In this document: one piece after another, positions 22,734-33,228 of the stretch
Layout: each line of letters starts with the position of its first letter
Numbering within the stretch: position 1 is the stretch's first letter
NCBI GenBank assembly: GCA_963719315.1
Contig: CAVRBU010000002.1
Coordinates: 800,001-864,000, forward strand
DNA from: an uncultured Planctomycetota bacterium
GTDB taxonomy: Bacteria > Planctomycetota > Planctomycetia > Pirellulales > Lacipirellulaceae
DNA: 64,000 bases
Direction: 5' to 3'
The notes under the pieces: generated by a model
Database searches by the model: none
Seen by the model: only the letters and a program-made list of their open reading frames with translations
What the model was told of the DNA's origin: nothing
Translations under genes and position numbers: made by a program

Positions 22734-23223
22734 TCAGTTCCTTGATCGTCCACACTTCGCTGCATATCCCGCTCGCGACATCCACACGATTATACCCAGT
22801 ACCACCGCGATTATCGTTGTGGCGATTAGTAGAGTGCGGAGGCTGAAACGGTAGCTGATATGGCGCAGCCACGGGGCAGCATCAGGACAATGAGGACCGT
22901 CGCAGCGACCCAAGCGGGAAATGTGACACGCTTAGTTGTCGGCGTCCAAATCCATTCGTATTGCGGATATGGTGTACGAGGCGGTAGCTTTGGTATTGCC
23001 ATCCCGCGTTAAACGTCAGCCCAATGGAGGCTGGCTGTGCCGGTTGAGTTGCTACTTTAAGACTGCCGTAGTTGACTACGATGGCAGCCAATCCAGCATT
23101 ACTGTTTCGATAAATGCCGATGTTCCACCAATAGCTCCGCACCCACAACGCAATCAGCACCACGCACGCGATTAAGCACGCGGTGGAGAACGCGATTCGC
23201 AAGTAGCGGAGCCAGCGACGCAT
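22734..23223 (-). pseudogene. Small membrane protein of the planctomycete RFSLRTLLI family, with two apparent frameshifts
   Basis: MRRWLRYLRIAFS...LWVRSYW; after indels near 22920 and 22880 it continues as APWLRHISYRFSLRTLLIATTIIAVVLG. May be sequencing error. Confidence 0.55.
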
Positions 23224-23335
23224 TACAGCAGTATAGCGAGTGGGCGACGTGGCCGAAAAGAAGAATGCCAACGGGTCACAGGATGATAAAACAAATAGCA
23301 TTCGTGCAATCGGATATGGCGTAGTCCCATGCATA

Positions 23336-23422
23336 TTTGTCCGCAGATTTTGCAGATTATCGCAGATGAAATTGAAGCTGAATCCCTTCCATCTGCGCAA
23401 ATCTGCGTCATCTGCGGACAAA
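23336..23422. repeat. Inverted-repeat element built from 9-10-mer (CGCAGAT) subrepeats
   Basis: TTTGTCCGCAGATTTTGCAGATTATCGCAGATG...CATCTGCGCAAATCTGCGTCATCTGCGGACAAA. Confidence 0.85.
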
Positions 23423-23440
23423 ATCCGATCGCAGCGAATT

Positions 23441-23554
23441 GTAGTAGGCACACTCCGTGTGCCGTAACTGGAGCGGAGTTTGGACGGTTCTTATCGATCG
23501 ATGGGACGGCGGTTATCGGTGATTCAGCTACGGCACGCGGAGCGTGCCTGCTAC
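23441..23554. repeat. REPIN-like inverted pair of GTAG-family REPs
   Basis: GTAGTAGGCACACTCCGTGTGCCGTA and its near reverse complement; a partial copy at 19262-19280 overlaps the holB stop. Confidence 0.85.
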
Positions 23555-23585
23555 GATTTGGGACGCCACCCGGTCGATCATCGCC

Positions 23586-23614
23586 TTTACCGATTTCGGG
23601 GCTAGGGATATACT
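23586..23614 (+). promoter_or_regulatory. sigma70 promoter of tRNA-Ser
   Basis: TTTACC-N17-TATACT, 80 nt upstream of the tRNA. Confidence 0.6.
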
Positions 23615-23693
23615 AGGCAAGCGTGGCGTTGCCTTCCAAAAGGTCAGGTTGCGTCGCACGGATACGGCCCTAAACGTGTAGGGCAATAACTTG

Positions 23694-23781
23694 GGAGAGG
23701 TGGCTGAGTGGTCGAAAGCGCCGGTTTGCTAAATCGGTGAAGGGGTTAACCCTTCCGCAGGTTCGAATCCTGTCCTCTCCG
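23694..23781 (+). tRNA. tRNA-Ser(GCT)
   Basis: Acceptor stem GGAGAGG/CCTCTCC, anticodon loop TTGCTAA, long variable arm, GGTTCGAATCC T-arm, discriminator G; CCA not encoded. Confidence 0.97.
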
Positions 23782-23872
23782 TTTGAGATTTTTTGCCCAT
23801 CAGAATAGCTTGATCGCTGATGGGCCTATGTGTTTCACGAAGCAGTTGTTCACGACCAAAGAGCGACCTCCC

Positions 23873-25825
23873 ATGATTGCTCGCACGAGCTTACTGCTGT
23901 TGATTGTCAGTGTGTTTTTCGTGATGCCCGTTAGCGCGGCGCCGATTGCGGACGGGCGGATCGCCGATTTTCGGTTGCCCGATCACCTGGGTAAAGAACA
24001 TGCGTTGGCCGATTTCGCGGACCGTGACCTTGTGGTGGTCGCTTTTCTGGGGACGGAATGTCCGCTGGCGAAGCTGTACGCTGGACGGTTGCAGGCAATT
24101 GCGGACGAATATGCCGAGCGGGGTGTGGCGGTCGTGGCGGTGATGTCCAACGTGCAGGACTCGCTCGCGGAGATCACGGCCTTTGTGCAGCAGCACAATC
24201 TCACGTTTCCCGTGCTCAAGGATCGCCGCAATGAGGTGGCCGACAAGTTTGGCGCCGAGCGCACGCCGCAAGTGTTTCTGCTCGATCGCCAGCGCGCGAT
24301 TCGCTATCAGGGGCGCGTCGACGATCAGTTTCTGGTGGGGGTCATGCGGAGCAAGGCCACGCGCGAGGACTTGCGAATCGCGATCGACGAATTGCTGGCA
24401 GGCAAAACGGTGTCCGTCGACGAGACCGGCTCCGAAGGATGCATTATCGGTCGAGCGCACCGATCGACCGGTAGCAACGCGGTCACGTATGCCCGCGATA
24501 TCGCTCCGATCTTTCAAGCGCGATGCGTCGAATGCCATCGCGCGGGGCAGATTGGGCCGTTCGAGCTATCCTCTTACGACGAGGCGGCCGGTTGGGGCGA
24601 GATGATTGCCGAGGTGGTGCGGAATCGGCGGATGCCGCCTTGGCATGCCAATCCGAAGTTTGGCTCATTCGCCAACGATCGTGCTCTGCCGGCTGCGGAG
24701 AAAGAGCTGATCTACAAGTGGGTTCAAAGCGGTTGCCCGGAAGGTGATCCGGCCGATTTGCCGGCGGCGCGGCAGTTTACGAGCGGCTGGCAATTGCGGC
24801 GCGAGCCCGATCTCGTGCTCTCGATGCAGGAACCGTTCACCGTGCCAGCGGATGGGGGCCGCGAGGGTGTACCTTACCAGTATTTCCGCGTACCGACGAA
24901 TTTCGGAGAAGACAAATGGGTTGCGGCCGCCGAAGTGCAGCCAGGCAATCGGGCGGTCGTTCATCACACGATCGTGTATGTCGAACCGCCGGGCGGTAAG
25001 GGGCGACGCGATTGGATTTTTCTAGCGGCCTACGTCCCCGGCTTGCGGTGCGAGCCGTTGCCTGCCAACTCGGCCAAGCGGATCCCGGCCGGCTCGACGC
25101 TCGTGTTCGAAATGCACTACACGCCCAACGGTTCGGTACAGCAGGACAAAACTCGAATTGGGTTCGTGCTTGCCGACATCAAGGATGTTGACCAAGAAGT
25201 GATCACGACCGAAATCGGCAATCTGGATTTTGAGATTCCACCGGGCGCGGAGAGCTATGTGGTAACGGCCACGAGCCGGCCGACGAAGCGCGAAGTGACG
25301 CTGCTTTCGATGTCGCCCCACATGCACCTGCGGGGAAAGGCGTTTCGCTACGAGCTGGTGCTGCCGACCGGCGAGCGCGAAGTGCTGCTGGATGTGCCGG
25401 CCTACGACTTTAACTGGCAGACGCGGTATGTGTTGAGTGAGCCGCGCCGGTTGCCAGCCGGGTCGGTCATCTACTGCCGCGCCGTGTTCGACAACTCCGA
25501 ATCGAACCTGGCGAATCCTGATCCCCAGAAAACGGTGCGGTGGGGCGATCAATCGTGGGAAGAGATGATGCTCGGCTTCTTCGATGTTGTATTGCCGCGC
25601 GATGACAAGCGCAAGGGCGTTACCAAGCCGGTGAGCACGGGGCTCGACCTGGTCGGGCTGTTCGATGCCGCCGACGCCGACCACAATGCGGGCTTGGATA
25701 AGACGGAAGCCGCGAGCAACGATCTTCTCACGCAGCATTTTGCGGCGGTCGATCGCAATGGCGACGGGCTGCTGCAGATTGGCGAAATTCTGGGGGCCGT
25801 GCGGGCGATGGCGAATCGCCGCTGA
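23873..25825 (+). CDS. Redoxin + cytochrome c + copper-monooxygenase-like + EF-hand multidomain protein
   Basis: FLGTECP, YQGRVDDQ, CVECH heme motif, VHH, HYT, PHMHLRG, EEMM, and DADHN/DRNGDG EF-hand-like loops. Confidence 0.85.
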   Translation: MIARTSLLLLIVSVFFVMPVSAAPIADGRIADFRLPDHLGKEHALADFADRDLVVVAFLGTECPLAKLYAGRLQAIADEYAERGVAVVAVMSNVQDSLAEITAFVQQHNLTFPVLKDRRNEVADKFGAERTPQVFLLDRQRAIRYQGRVDDQFLVGVMRSKATREDLRIAIDELLAGKTVSVDETGSEGCIIGRAHRSTGSNAVTYARDIAPIFQARCVECHRAGQIGPFELSSYDEAAGWGEMIAEVVRNRRMPPWHANPKFGSFANDRALPAAEKELIYKWVQSGCPEGDPADLPAARQFTSGWQLRREPDLVLSMQEPFTVPADGGREGVPYQYFRVPTNFGEDKWVAAAEVQPGNRAVVHHTIVYVEPPGGKGRRDWIFLAAYVPGLRCEPLPANSAKRIPAGSTLVFEMHYTPNGSVQQDKTRIGFVLADIKDVDQEVITTEIGNLDFEIPPGAESYVVTATSRPTKREVTLLSMSPHMHLRGKAFRYELVLPTGEREVLLDVPAYDFNWQTRYVLSEPRRLPAGSVIYCRAVFDNSESNLANPDPQKTVRWGDQSWEEMMLGFFDVVLPRDDKRKGVTKPVSTGLDLVGLFDAADADHNAGLDKTEAASNDLLTQHFAAVDRNGDGLLQIGEILGAVRAMANRR

Positions 25826-25849
25826 AACGCGCGTCGCTAAAAGCGGCAG

Positions 25850-27007
25850 CCTGCTATTGGGCTGTTTTTTCGATGCAGACGAAGGCGAGCTTGCCGCGCC
25901 TGCGCCGGGATAGCCCTTCCACAACCACTCCAGGGCTTCGGGCAGCGTTTGCTGCTTGACGCCGCCGTCGCAATGCCCGGCGTTGCGGGCAAAGACGAAT
26001 TGGTAGTGGTAGCCCTTGGCGGCCAGGGCCTTTGCCATGTTTTCATTGGCGACGACCCAATCGTGCATGTTGTCGCGCATGGAATTCGGATTCAGAAGAT
26101 CGCGGTCGCCGACTTCCAACCAGATTCGCAGCGGCTTGGCCGGACTGTTTGGAATCAGATGCTCATGAAATTCCCACGCGCCGTGGGGAGTCTCAGCGTT
26201 CGGTGGCCACTGCTGGTTCACGTACGTGCCCGAATAGGTCAGGACGCGGTGGTAGAGATCGGGGCGATACCAGGCCATGCTCAATGCGCACGATCCGCCG
26301 GAGCTGCACCCCATCGTTGCCCGGCCCTCGGGGTCCTGCGTTAATTTCACATTGCAATTCTTTTCGACGAGAGGCAGCACTTCCTCCTCGACGAACTCCG
26401 CGTACTTGCCCGACATGGTATCGTATTCGAGTCCGCGTTCGCTGCCTTGGGCGTCGCCGCTGCCATTGCTGATGGAAATGGCGATCATCGCGGGCACTCG
26501 GTGCTGGGCGATCAGATTGTCCAGAGCCGTAAACAACAGCCGGTCCGGACCGTCGGCCCCAACGATGAACGGAGCGGCCGTGCCGGGCACATATTGTTTG
26601 GGGACATACACGGCCACTCGGCGCGTATAGGGAGCGGGGTGGCTGGTGGTCACGACGAGCTTGGCGGGATCGGCCGGATCGGGTGTGCCAAAGGTGTTGG
26701 CGACCCGGGCGATGCCGGGATAAATCTTGCTGTCCGCCGAATTCATCGTGAAGTTAAACACCTGACCTTGCGGGACGTCTTCATGCACCCTCATTTCAGG
26801 CACTGGGTGGTGAGTCGGGCCGATGATGAAGTTTCCGTCGGCATCCGCCGGCGGAATGGCGCCATCGGGTAACTCCTTGGCGGCAACAAAACCTGGGGTG
26901 CTCGGATCACGAGTGGGCGGCGTGGGGCGCGCGGCGGCGGCAATCGAAGGAACGACGCAACTCGCTAGGGCGACTAACAACGCGATGCTTGAGAGATTTG
27001 TATTCAC
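25850..27007 (-). CDS. Secreted esterase (enterochelin-esterase-like alpha/beta hydrolase)
   Basis: RRVAVYVP, ERGLEYD, GCSSGG, AGH and LPEALEWLW. 3' end approximate: the ORF reads through to 25022, antisense to the neighbouring gene. Confidence 0.82.
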
Positions 27008-27161
27008 GGATTTCGGTTGATTGAGGTTGCAGGGGAAGACACGTCCAAACGAAAAGTCAGATGGCTGATCTCGGCCTAGCGTTCCGCACGCACGTAATCG
27101 AGCGTATGGGCTTAGCTCAGTACTTCCAAGTTTCGAGACTGGCGAGGCAATGAATTACAGG

Positions 27162-27228
27162 GGAACGCTAATTCTCACTAATTTCCGCTAATTCCGAATC
27201 AGTGGAAATTAGCGAGAATTAGCGTTCC
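27162..27228. repeat. Inverted-repeat element of 10-mer (GCTAATT) subrepeats
   Basis: GGAACGCTAATTCTCACTAATTTCCGCT...AGTGGAAATTAGCGAGAATTAGCGTTCC. Confidence 0.88.
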
Positions 27229-27286
27229 TGCCCTCTTTGTCTTTGCTTGAAACTACTGTAGATACAGATAGTCTAGCCGAGCGGCG

Positions 27287-28362
27287 TTATTTCCGATACT
27301 CGCGCGGATTAAGCCGGTGTCCGTCGATTTCGTAGTCGCGGACAGCGACGCCGGTGGCGTCCAAAACTTTCGCCGACCAAGTTGGCCAGGGCGACCATTC
27401 GGAACGTCGCGAAGCACTTGGGTTGACGGGCAGCCAGATCGCGCTGCACAGAGCGCCGGCGGCCAGAAGGGGAAAAAGGGCACGCCACGTTTGGCGCGGT
27501 CTCGGCGAAGGATTCGGACACTCGGCCAGAGCCCTGGCACGTCGACTGAGCAGCGATGCGTCCCCCATGAACCCGATTCCGGCAGGCAGGCGTTCTGGCG
27601 GGTTCAGTTGCGATTCCATCAGCCTCAGCAAACTTCGCAAATACTCGGCCACATCGAGGCGCGAGCCGACCGATTCGCGGTCGCAGCGAAACTCACGCGC
27701 GTCGGCCGCTTGCCGGGAAGCCCACCAAACGAGCGGGTGGAACCAATAAACAGCCTCGACGAGTCGTTGCAGAAAAAGGTGCAGGGGATGTTGCAGGCGG
27801 AGGTGCGCAAGCTCATGCTTTACAATCGCTTCCTGCTCGGCCACCGGAAAATCTCGTACAATTTCAGGCAACACGATTACCGGGCTGTGAATCTGCCAAC
27901 AAAAAGGGCTGACATCGTCTGGCGATACGAGGATTTCAATTGGCGCGGTCGAAGGAATAATCGCAGTTATCTTCTCTTTCAACGACTTGCGCAATCCTTC
28001 GTCGATTCGCGCACGCCGAACCAGCAACGTCCGCGCAACAAGCCGCCGACGTTAACCGCGATCATTGCAATGGCCCCAGTCAGCCAGATCCAGCCACAAA
28101 TCCGACCCGTGACCATGCAAACCGCCTCGGCGATCGGATGGCTCTCGGACGGTTCGAGGTCTGCCCAAGTGATCAGACGCAAGTGAGGCAGAAAAAATGC
28201 GGCGGCCGTGAGCAACAACAGACAAACATGGAGCGAGGCCCAGCACGAGTCACATTCGGCGGCGGCAACTCGCTTGCGCGTCGCCCAGGCGATGAACGCG
28301 ATCAACAGCGTAACTTGAACGGTAAGCGAAATAATCGTTTCTAAAACCGATAAGGCGGTCAC
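27287..28362 (-). CDS. M56 family metallopeptidase (BlaR1/MecR1-like), frameshift near 28032
   Basis: N-terminal TM helices in ORF 27979-28362; HELAH, YWFHPLVW and REFRCD in ORF 27287-28027. Confidence 0.87.
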
Positions 28363-28366
28363 TGCA

Positions 28367-28780
28367 TTATCCTTGTTTTTCGACCTTGCGCAGCGCTTCC
28401 TTCAGCGCCTTTACATCTTCTTGAGAGAATTTTCCGTCTTCCAGCAGCCCGAGCATCAGCATGGGAAGCCGGTCGGCAAACAGCACGTCTCCTAGATCGC
28501 GAATCACAGCGCGGCTGACCTCGTCGCGCGAAACGACGGGTTTGTAGACGTGGGCGCGCCCCCGCTTGGTGCGCTTCAGCACCTTCTTCTTGCTGTGCAG
28601 CAGGCCCAGGGTGGTCATCACCGTGGTATAGGCCAGCGGACGTTTGAGAGCGTCGCTCACTTCCTGGACGGTACCCTCTCCGATTTGCCAGAGGACGTCC
28701 ATGAGCTCTAATTCATAGCGCGTAAGGCGATGTGGCATCATGTTGTTATTGCGACTTGTTAATGGCGAGGATCGAGTCAT
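28367..28780 (-). CDS. BlaI/MecI/CopY family transcriptional repressor
   Basis: LTRYELELMDVLW, LAYTTVMTTL and GRAHVYKP. Confidence 0.92.
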   Translation of the reverse strand: MTRSSPLTSRNNNMMPHRLTRYELELMDVLWQIGEGTVQEVSDALKRPLAYTTVMTTLGLLHSKKKVLKRTKRGRAHVYKPVVSRDEVSRAVIRDLGDVLFADRLPMLMLGLLEDGKFSQEDVKALKEALRKVEKQG

Positions 28781-28783
28781 TCT

Positions 28784-29629
28784 TCAGCGAAGTTCGGCGT
28801 TTTCCTGGTAGACAAGGGGGTCAATGTCGTCATGCACGGCGTCGACGTGGCCATCGGCCCAAAGAAAATTGACGTGACCCGGGTGACGACTATCAAACTC
28901 ACATTCATCGGAATCATCGCGATTGGGACCGAGGTTGGCGTTGCCCACGATGCGACCGGCTGCGTCTTCGCCTTCCGTCGCGATGCCGAGCCAGGTGGAC
29001 GCCAGCTTGCGTGACGTCCGTTCGCCGACGAGCATCACGTGGCTCGAGCCGCGGCTCATTTCTTGGAAGCGATGGGGGTGCTCCTGAATAAAGGCTCCAT
29101 TGCCGGTTTCGCCGGGCACTTCATCGGGATCGGTGTCGCCGAAAACTCCCACATAATTTGCCCGCGGCAGCGTTACCAAAATTTGCGTGGACTGCTGCGC
29201 ATGGGCAGCATGTTCGCCAAGTTCCGCAAACAAGGGGAAAACCGCTTCGCTCGAGTCGGACGGGCACAGGAACACGGCCGGCGTGGTGGAGCGCACTAGT
29301 TGGCTGAGCTCAGAGATAGGACGGGTTCCTTTGATTCGTGCATCCAAGGCAGGCTCGTCCAGCTCGTTCAGAATGCGAGCGGCCCAGCCGTAGCTCGACT
29401 TCTTGCTGCACTCCGCTTGCCATCCAGCCGGCAGCAGCCGGTGCGAGTCGTGATGTGCGTGCAGCGCGGCGCCGATCTGCCGAAGTTTGTTGGTACATTC
29501 CAAGTTGCGCGCGTTTTCGCGAGCGGCCTGAACGGCGGGCAACAAAAGCGCAACCAATACGGCGATCGTGGCGAACACGACCAGCAGCTCGAGGATGGTG
29601 ATGCCGGGCGCGCGGCAACGCGCGAACAT
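28784..29629 (-). CDS. DUF1559 prepilin-like protein
   Basis: GITILELLVV...LLPAVQAARENAR, FLCPSD, and SRHPGHVNFLWADGHV (H-X9-DG). Start uncertain (ORF extends to 29698). Confidence 0.92.
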   Translation of the reverse strand: MFARCRAPGITILELLVVFATIAVLVALLLPAVQAARENARNLECTNKLRQIGAALHAHHDSHRLLPAGWQAECSKKSSYGWAARILNELDEPALDARIKGTRPISELSQLVRSTTPAVFLCPSDSSEAVFPLFAELGEHAAHAQQSTQILVTLPRANYVGVFGDTDPDEVPGETGNGAFIQEHPHRFQEMSRGSSHVMLVGERTSRKLASTWLGIATEGEDAAGRIVGNANLGPNRDDSDECEFDSRHPGHVNFLWADGHVDAVHDDIDPLVYQENAELR

Positions 29630-29945
29630 CCGTCGGTGAGGGCACAACGCTTGGCCATCGGCAGAATTCAAAGCGTTTCTCCCGCGGGTCACATCCAAGG
29701 CAACTCGGCAATCTTGGGGCCGGATTCTAACCGATTCTTCGCTTTCGTCAAAACCGCTAATTTACGCTAGCATGACTGGCCACGCACACTGCGCAAACCC
29801 AGTGGATTATCGTATTATCGACAGTCCACTTCGCAGAGTAGTCCAATATAAGCCCCAGGTTGCCGCACCTGTCGCTGATTGCAATGATTGAGTATGCGTC
29901 TGGTTACACCGCGAAGATGACCGAACTACTTTAGAAAGCCGACTC

Positions 29946-30707
29946 TTGCGGTACAAGTTTCGACAGTATCTGTTCTCCCAGCGGGCAATTCGAGCGTATT
30001 GGATTGCCAACATTGTAGTTTTCTGCGCGCTCGCGGGTTGGATTTGGAGCGATGGAAGATTTGCCGAGATCGCGTCGAGGTTTAGTGCCAACGCGCGATC
30101 GTTGATCGAGCTCAATGGCCTGGTGGGCACTCGAGAGCCATTGATTGCGGGCAGGTACTGGACGCTAAATATTTTGTCGGTTGTGGCCGCGGTGAGTGCC
30201 GCCGGTGTCGGCGGCGGATTGTTTTTCGGACCGCCCGCGAATCGGCGGGTGCGTTCGTGGCTGACGGTTACCGTTTTGGCAGTACTGTGGCTCACGCTTT
30301 GGGTCAAGTGGCCCGACCTGCAGTGGCGTGGCCAGGCTTTCAGGGTAGACGAGCAACTGGGCGAATTCCAGAAGATGGCGTCATCGCTCAACACAAGCTG
30401 GCCCGCCAGCGATGGCGAGCGGCCCGAGTTGGGGCCCTTCCTGGCCTATCCGACAAAAGCACCAACCGTCTTGATGCTGATGACGCAGGCCAATGTCCCG
30501 AACACAAATTTGACTTTCTCGCTCGTTGAGCGTTCGGAGACGGGCGCCCTGCGGTTTCAACTGACGTGTAACGAGCTCGGCGCCTGGCTGGAGTGGCATC
30601 CGGCACACGATTCGCCGACCGGATTTGTGGGCGGTCTGTTGGAACGCCGCGAGTTGGAACGCTTTGCTTCGCTGGGCAATGACTGGTATTTGGTCCGCTA
30701 CAAGTAG
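29946..30707 (+). CDS. Hypothetical membrane protein
   Basis: 253-aa ORF with three hydrophobic segments filling a gap between genes. Confidence 0.65.
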   Translation: MRYKFRQYLFSQRAIRAYWIANIVVFCALAGWIWSDGRFAEIASRFSANARSLIELNGLVGTREPLIAGRYWTLNILSVVAAVSAAGVGGGLFFGPPANRRVRSWLTVTVLAVLWLTLWVKWPDLQWRGQAFRVDEQLGEFQKMASSLNTSWPASDGERPELGPFLAYPTKAPTVLMLMTQANVPNTNLTFSLVERSETGALRFQLTCNELGAWLEWHPAHDSPTGFVGGLLERRELERFASLGNDWYLVRYK

Positions 30708-30728
30708 GCCACTCCAACTCGCGGCCGA

Positions 30729-32139
30729 TCATTGCGAGGCAGAACTACTGGTTGCATCCTTAGCCGAGTCGTCAGCGAACACGTGCAAAGTGGTCGTGAG
30801 AACAAATGGTACGGGCTCGCCGGGGAACTCCGCTTCGAGAAACGTGGCGCCGTAGCCTGATTTCGGCTTGGCGATTTCGGCAATGAATTTATGCTCGTTG
30901 TCGGCGCTGGCGGCAATCGGCGAGTCCGTCCATTGGGCCATGCGAAAATCGCGGGTCTCGGCCGAGGCGATCCACCTGCGAACGGCCGTGGGCGCGATGT
31001 CGGATGACAGTTCGAATTCGGCACTTTTGCCTTGCCCCTCGAACTTCCACTTGAGCTTTGGCATCGGCTTGCCGCCGGCGACGCTTCGCTCCAGTGCGGC
31101 GATCGACGCAATTACTCGCGGGTAATTCTGTATGCCGTGGCCGTTGTTGGGGACGTAGAGAATGTATTTGTCGCCTTGCAAATCATTCCAGTAGAGATTG
31201 AGCGCATCCACGGGCCAATAGGCGTCGTTGGTTGCGAGAATGATCAGCTTGGGTTTCGTGAGCTGCTTGCGATAGGCAATTGGATCGACGATCGCGCGAA
31301 GCGATGCGCCTTGCTCGGTGAACAGTTTTTTCTGCAGACCACGCTCCGTGTAATCGCGAATTTGTTCGGAGTATTTTCCGAATGACTCAAGTTGCAAACG
31401 GTCGTGGGCAACCATGTTGAGCATATTGATCACCATCGGCGCAAGCATCGACGCGCGAGTCGGTGGCGGCGGTGAGCCACGTCGTCCAACCGCGTTTCGA
31501 TGCGCCGGTGACAAGGAAGTGCTCGATGTCCATCTGCCATTCCTGCCTGGTGAATTCCTGAGTGGCGTCCATCGCTCGGACGGCGGCTTTCACCATGGGC
31601 AAGAGTAGCGGCCAATCCACGTCGCCCGTTTCGAAGTATTTGGAAAATGTGAGCGCGATGATTTGATCTTCTTTGCGGCCATCGAAGATAGGCTGCTCGG
31701 GCACTTGCCGGACGACGGCAATCGGCGTCTGCATCATGTCGGCAAGCATCGTGATGAGTAGGACTTTTTCGGGAAGCGGAGCGGGCTTGGAATCCTTTGG
31801 CTGGTTTTCCAACGCGTCGGACCAACTGCTGCCGTCGATCAGCAGCAGGGCGTGCTTTGAGTCCTTCACCTTGGCCGGGCGATAGATGAACAATTGGTGC
31901 TTCCAGACGATATCGTGCCAGGTCTGCGACGTGAGGATCAGTTCGGCATAGTCGCCGCCGCCTTGCTTGCCGCGTTGCCGCACATGCCACGCGTAACTGG
32001 TATCCGGCCGCTTAACGTAATCCTGCAACGCGGGCGACGCATCGGGTAGCACGGTTGGCGACTTGGCGTACGCCGATGAAGTCAAGGGACACACCAAAAG
32101 AATTGCAGTCATGCCGATTATTTTTCCGGGCCGGGGCAT
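30729..32139 (-). CDS. PhoPQ-activated pathogenicity (PqaA) family alpha/beta hydrolase, frameshift near 31445
   Basis: LTSQTW, EDQIIA, PMVKAAVRAMD and GASKRGWTTWL, then APMVI, VDP, ATNDAYW and PNNGH in a second frame. Confidence 0.85.
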
Positions 32140-32165
32140 AGCGAGCCAACCTTTCGCAAATTATG

Positions 32166-33122
32166 TCAACCTTCGTAAAGGGCCACGTGAATATCGCCGC
32201 GCTTATCGACGGAGCCACGGTACATTCCTACCGCATGATACGGCATTGCCAGGTATCCGTCGCGATCAAGGGCGATGAGACCACCGATTCCGCCCAAATC
32301 GCGAATATCATCCACGGCTTCTTGTGCGGCACCAGCAATGGTTTGATTATGATACAATATGCGGGCCGACACGGAATAGGCGGCCGTCGAACGGATGAAC
32401 AGCTCGCCGTCGCCGGTGGCGGAGATTGCGCATGTGCGATTATCGGCGAACGTGCCGGCGCCGAGGACGCCGCTGTCTCCCACACGACCGGGGACTTTGA
32501 ATGACACGCCACCGGTGGAAGTGGCTGCCGCCAGATTTCTGTGGCGATCGAGCGCGACCGCGCCGACCGTTCCTCGGCTGATCGGCATTGGGTTCGGCGA
32601 CGAGTCATCGGAATTTCGCTTTTGCTGGCGTTCCTTCCACGCCTGAAAGTCTTTCCAACGACGATTCGTAACGAAGTAAGATGGATCGACCATCGCCAGA
32701 CCGGCGCTTTCGGCAAATTGGTCCGCTTCGGGGCCAACAAGGAAGACGGCTGTCGACTGCGACATCACTTCGCGAGCAGCCAACACAGGATTGCGAATTC
32801 GCTTGACGCTGGCCACCGCGCCTGCCCGGCGGTTCGTACCCTCCATGATCGCGGCATCCATTTCAATGCCGCCCGTTTGCGTGAATACGGAACCTCTCCC
32901 GGCGTTGAAGTGGGGCGAATCCTCCATCACGAGGACGGCCGCGATGACGGCGTCGATGCTGGTTGCCGCGTCGGATTGCAGCATCTCGAAACCGGCGGCC
33001 AGCGACTCTATGAGAGCTTTTCGGATCTCGCACTCGCCCCGTTCAGTTAAGTTCTCGCGCGGGCCGGCCAAACCGCCGTGGATGGCAAGGACGATTCTTG
33101 AGGTGTGAATTTCGTTCAACAT
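32166..33122 (-). CDS. iaaA: Isoaspartyl peptidase/L-asparaginase (Ntn hydrolase)
   Basis: LAIHGG, FNAGRGSV, GTVGAVA (nucleophile Thr), ATSTGG, GRVGDS and SATGDGE. Confidence 0.92.
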   Translation of the reverse strand: MLNEIHTSRIVLAIHGGLAGPRENLTERGECEIRKALIESLAAGFEMLQSDAATSIDAVIAAVLVMEDSPHFNAGRGSVFTQTGGIEMDAAIMEGTNRRAGAVASVKRIRNPVLAAREVMSQSTAVFLVGPEADQFAESAGLAMVDPSYFVTNRRWKDFQAWKERQQKRNSDDSSPNPMPISRGTVGAVALDRHRNLAAATSTGGVSFKVPGRVGDSGVLGAGTFADNRTCAISATGDGELFIRSTAAYSVSARILYHNQTIAGAAQEAVDDIRDLGGIGGLIALDRDGYLAMPYHAVGMYRGSVDKRGDIHVALYEG

Positions 33123-33228
33123 GGCGAAACAACAAAATGCACACTGGGACGTCAGTTCGTCGTCGGCTTGCCGTGCCACATTGGTAGAATCACGAACGTG
33201 GACAATATCAAACGGGGAGGCGGCCGCG

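Noticed and set aside
25022..25825. 800-nt antisense overlap between the esterase ORF and the redoxin gene
   Set aside because: Esterase similarity ends at WLWKGYP. The extension is the antisense shadow of the neighbouring gene, probably from an indel near the A/T run at about 25865.
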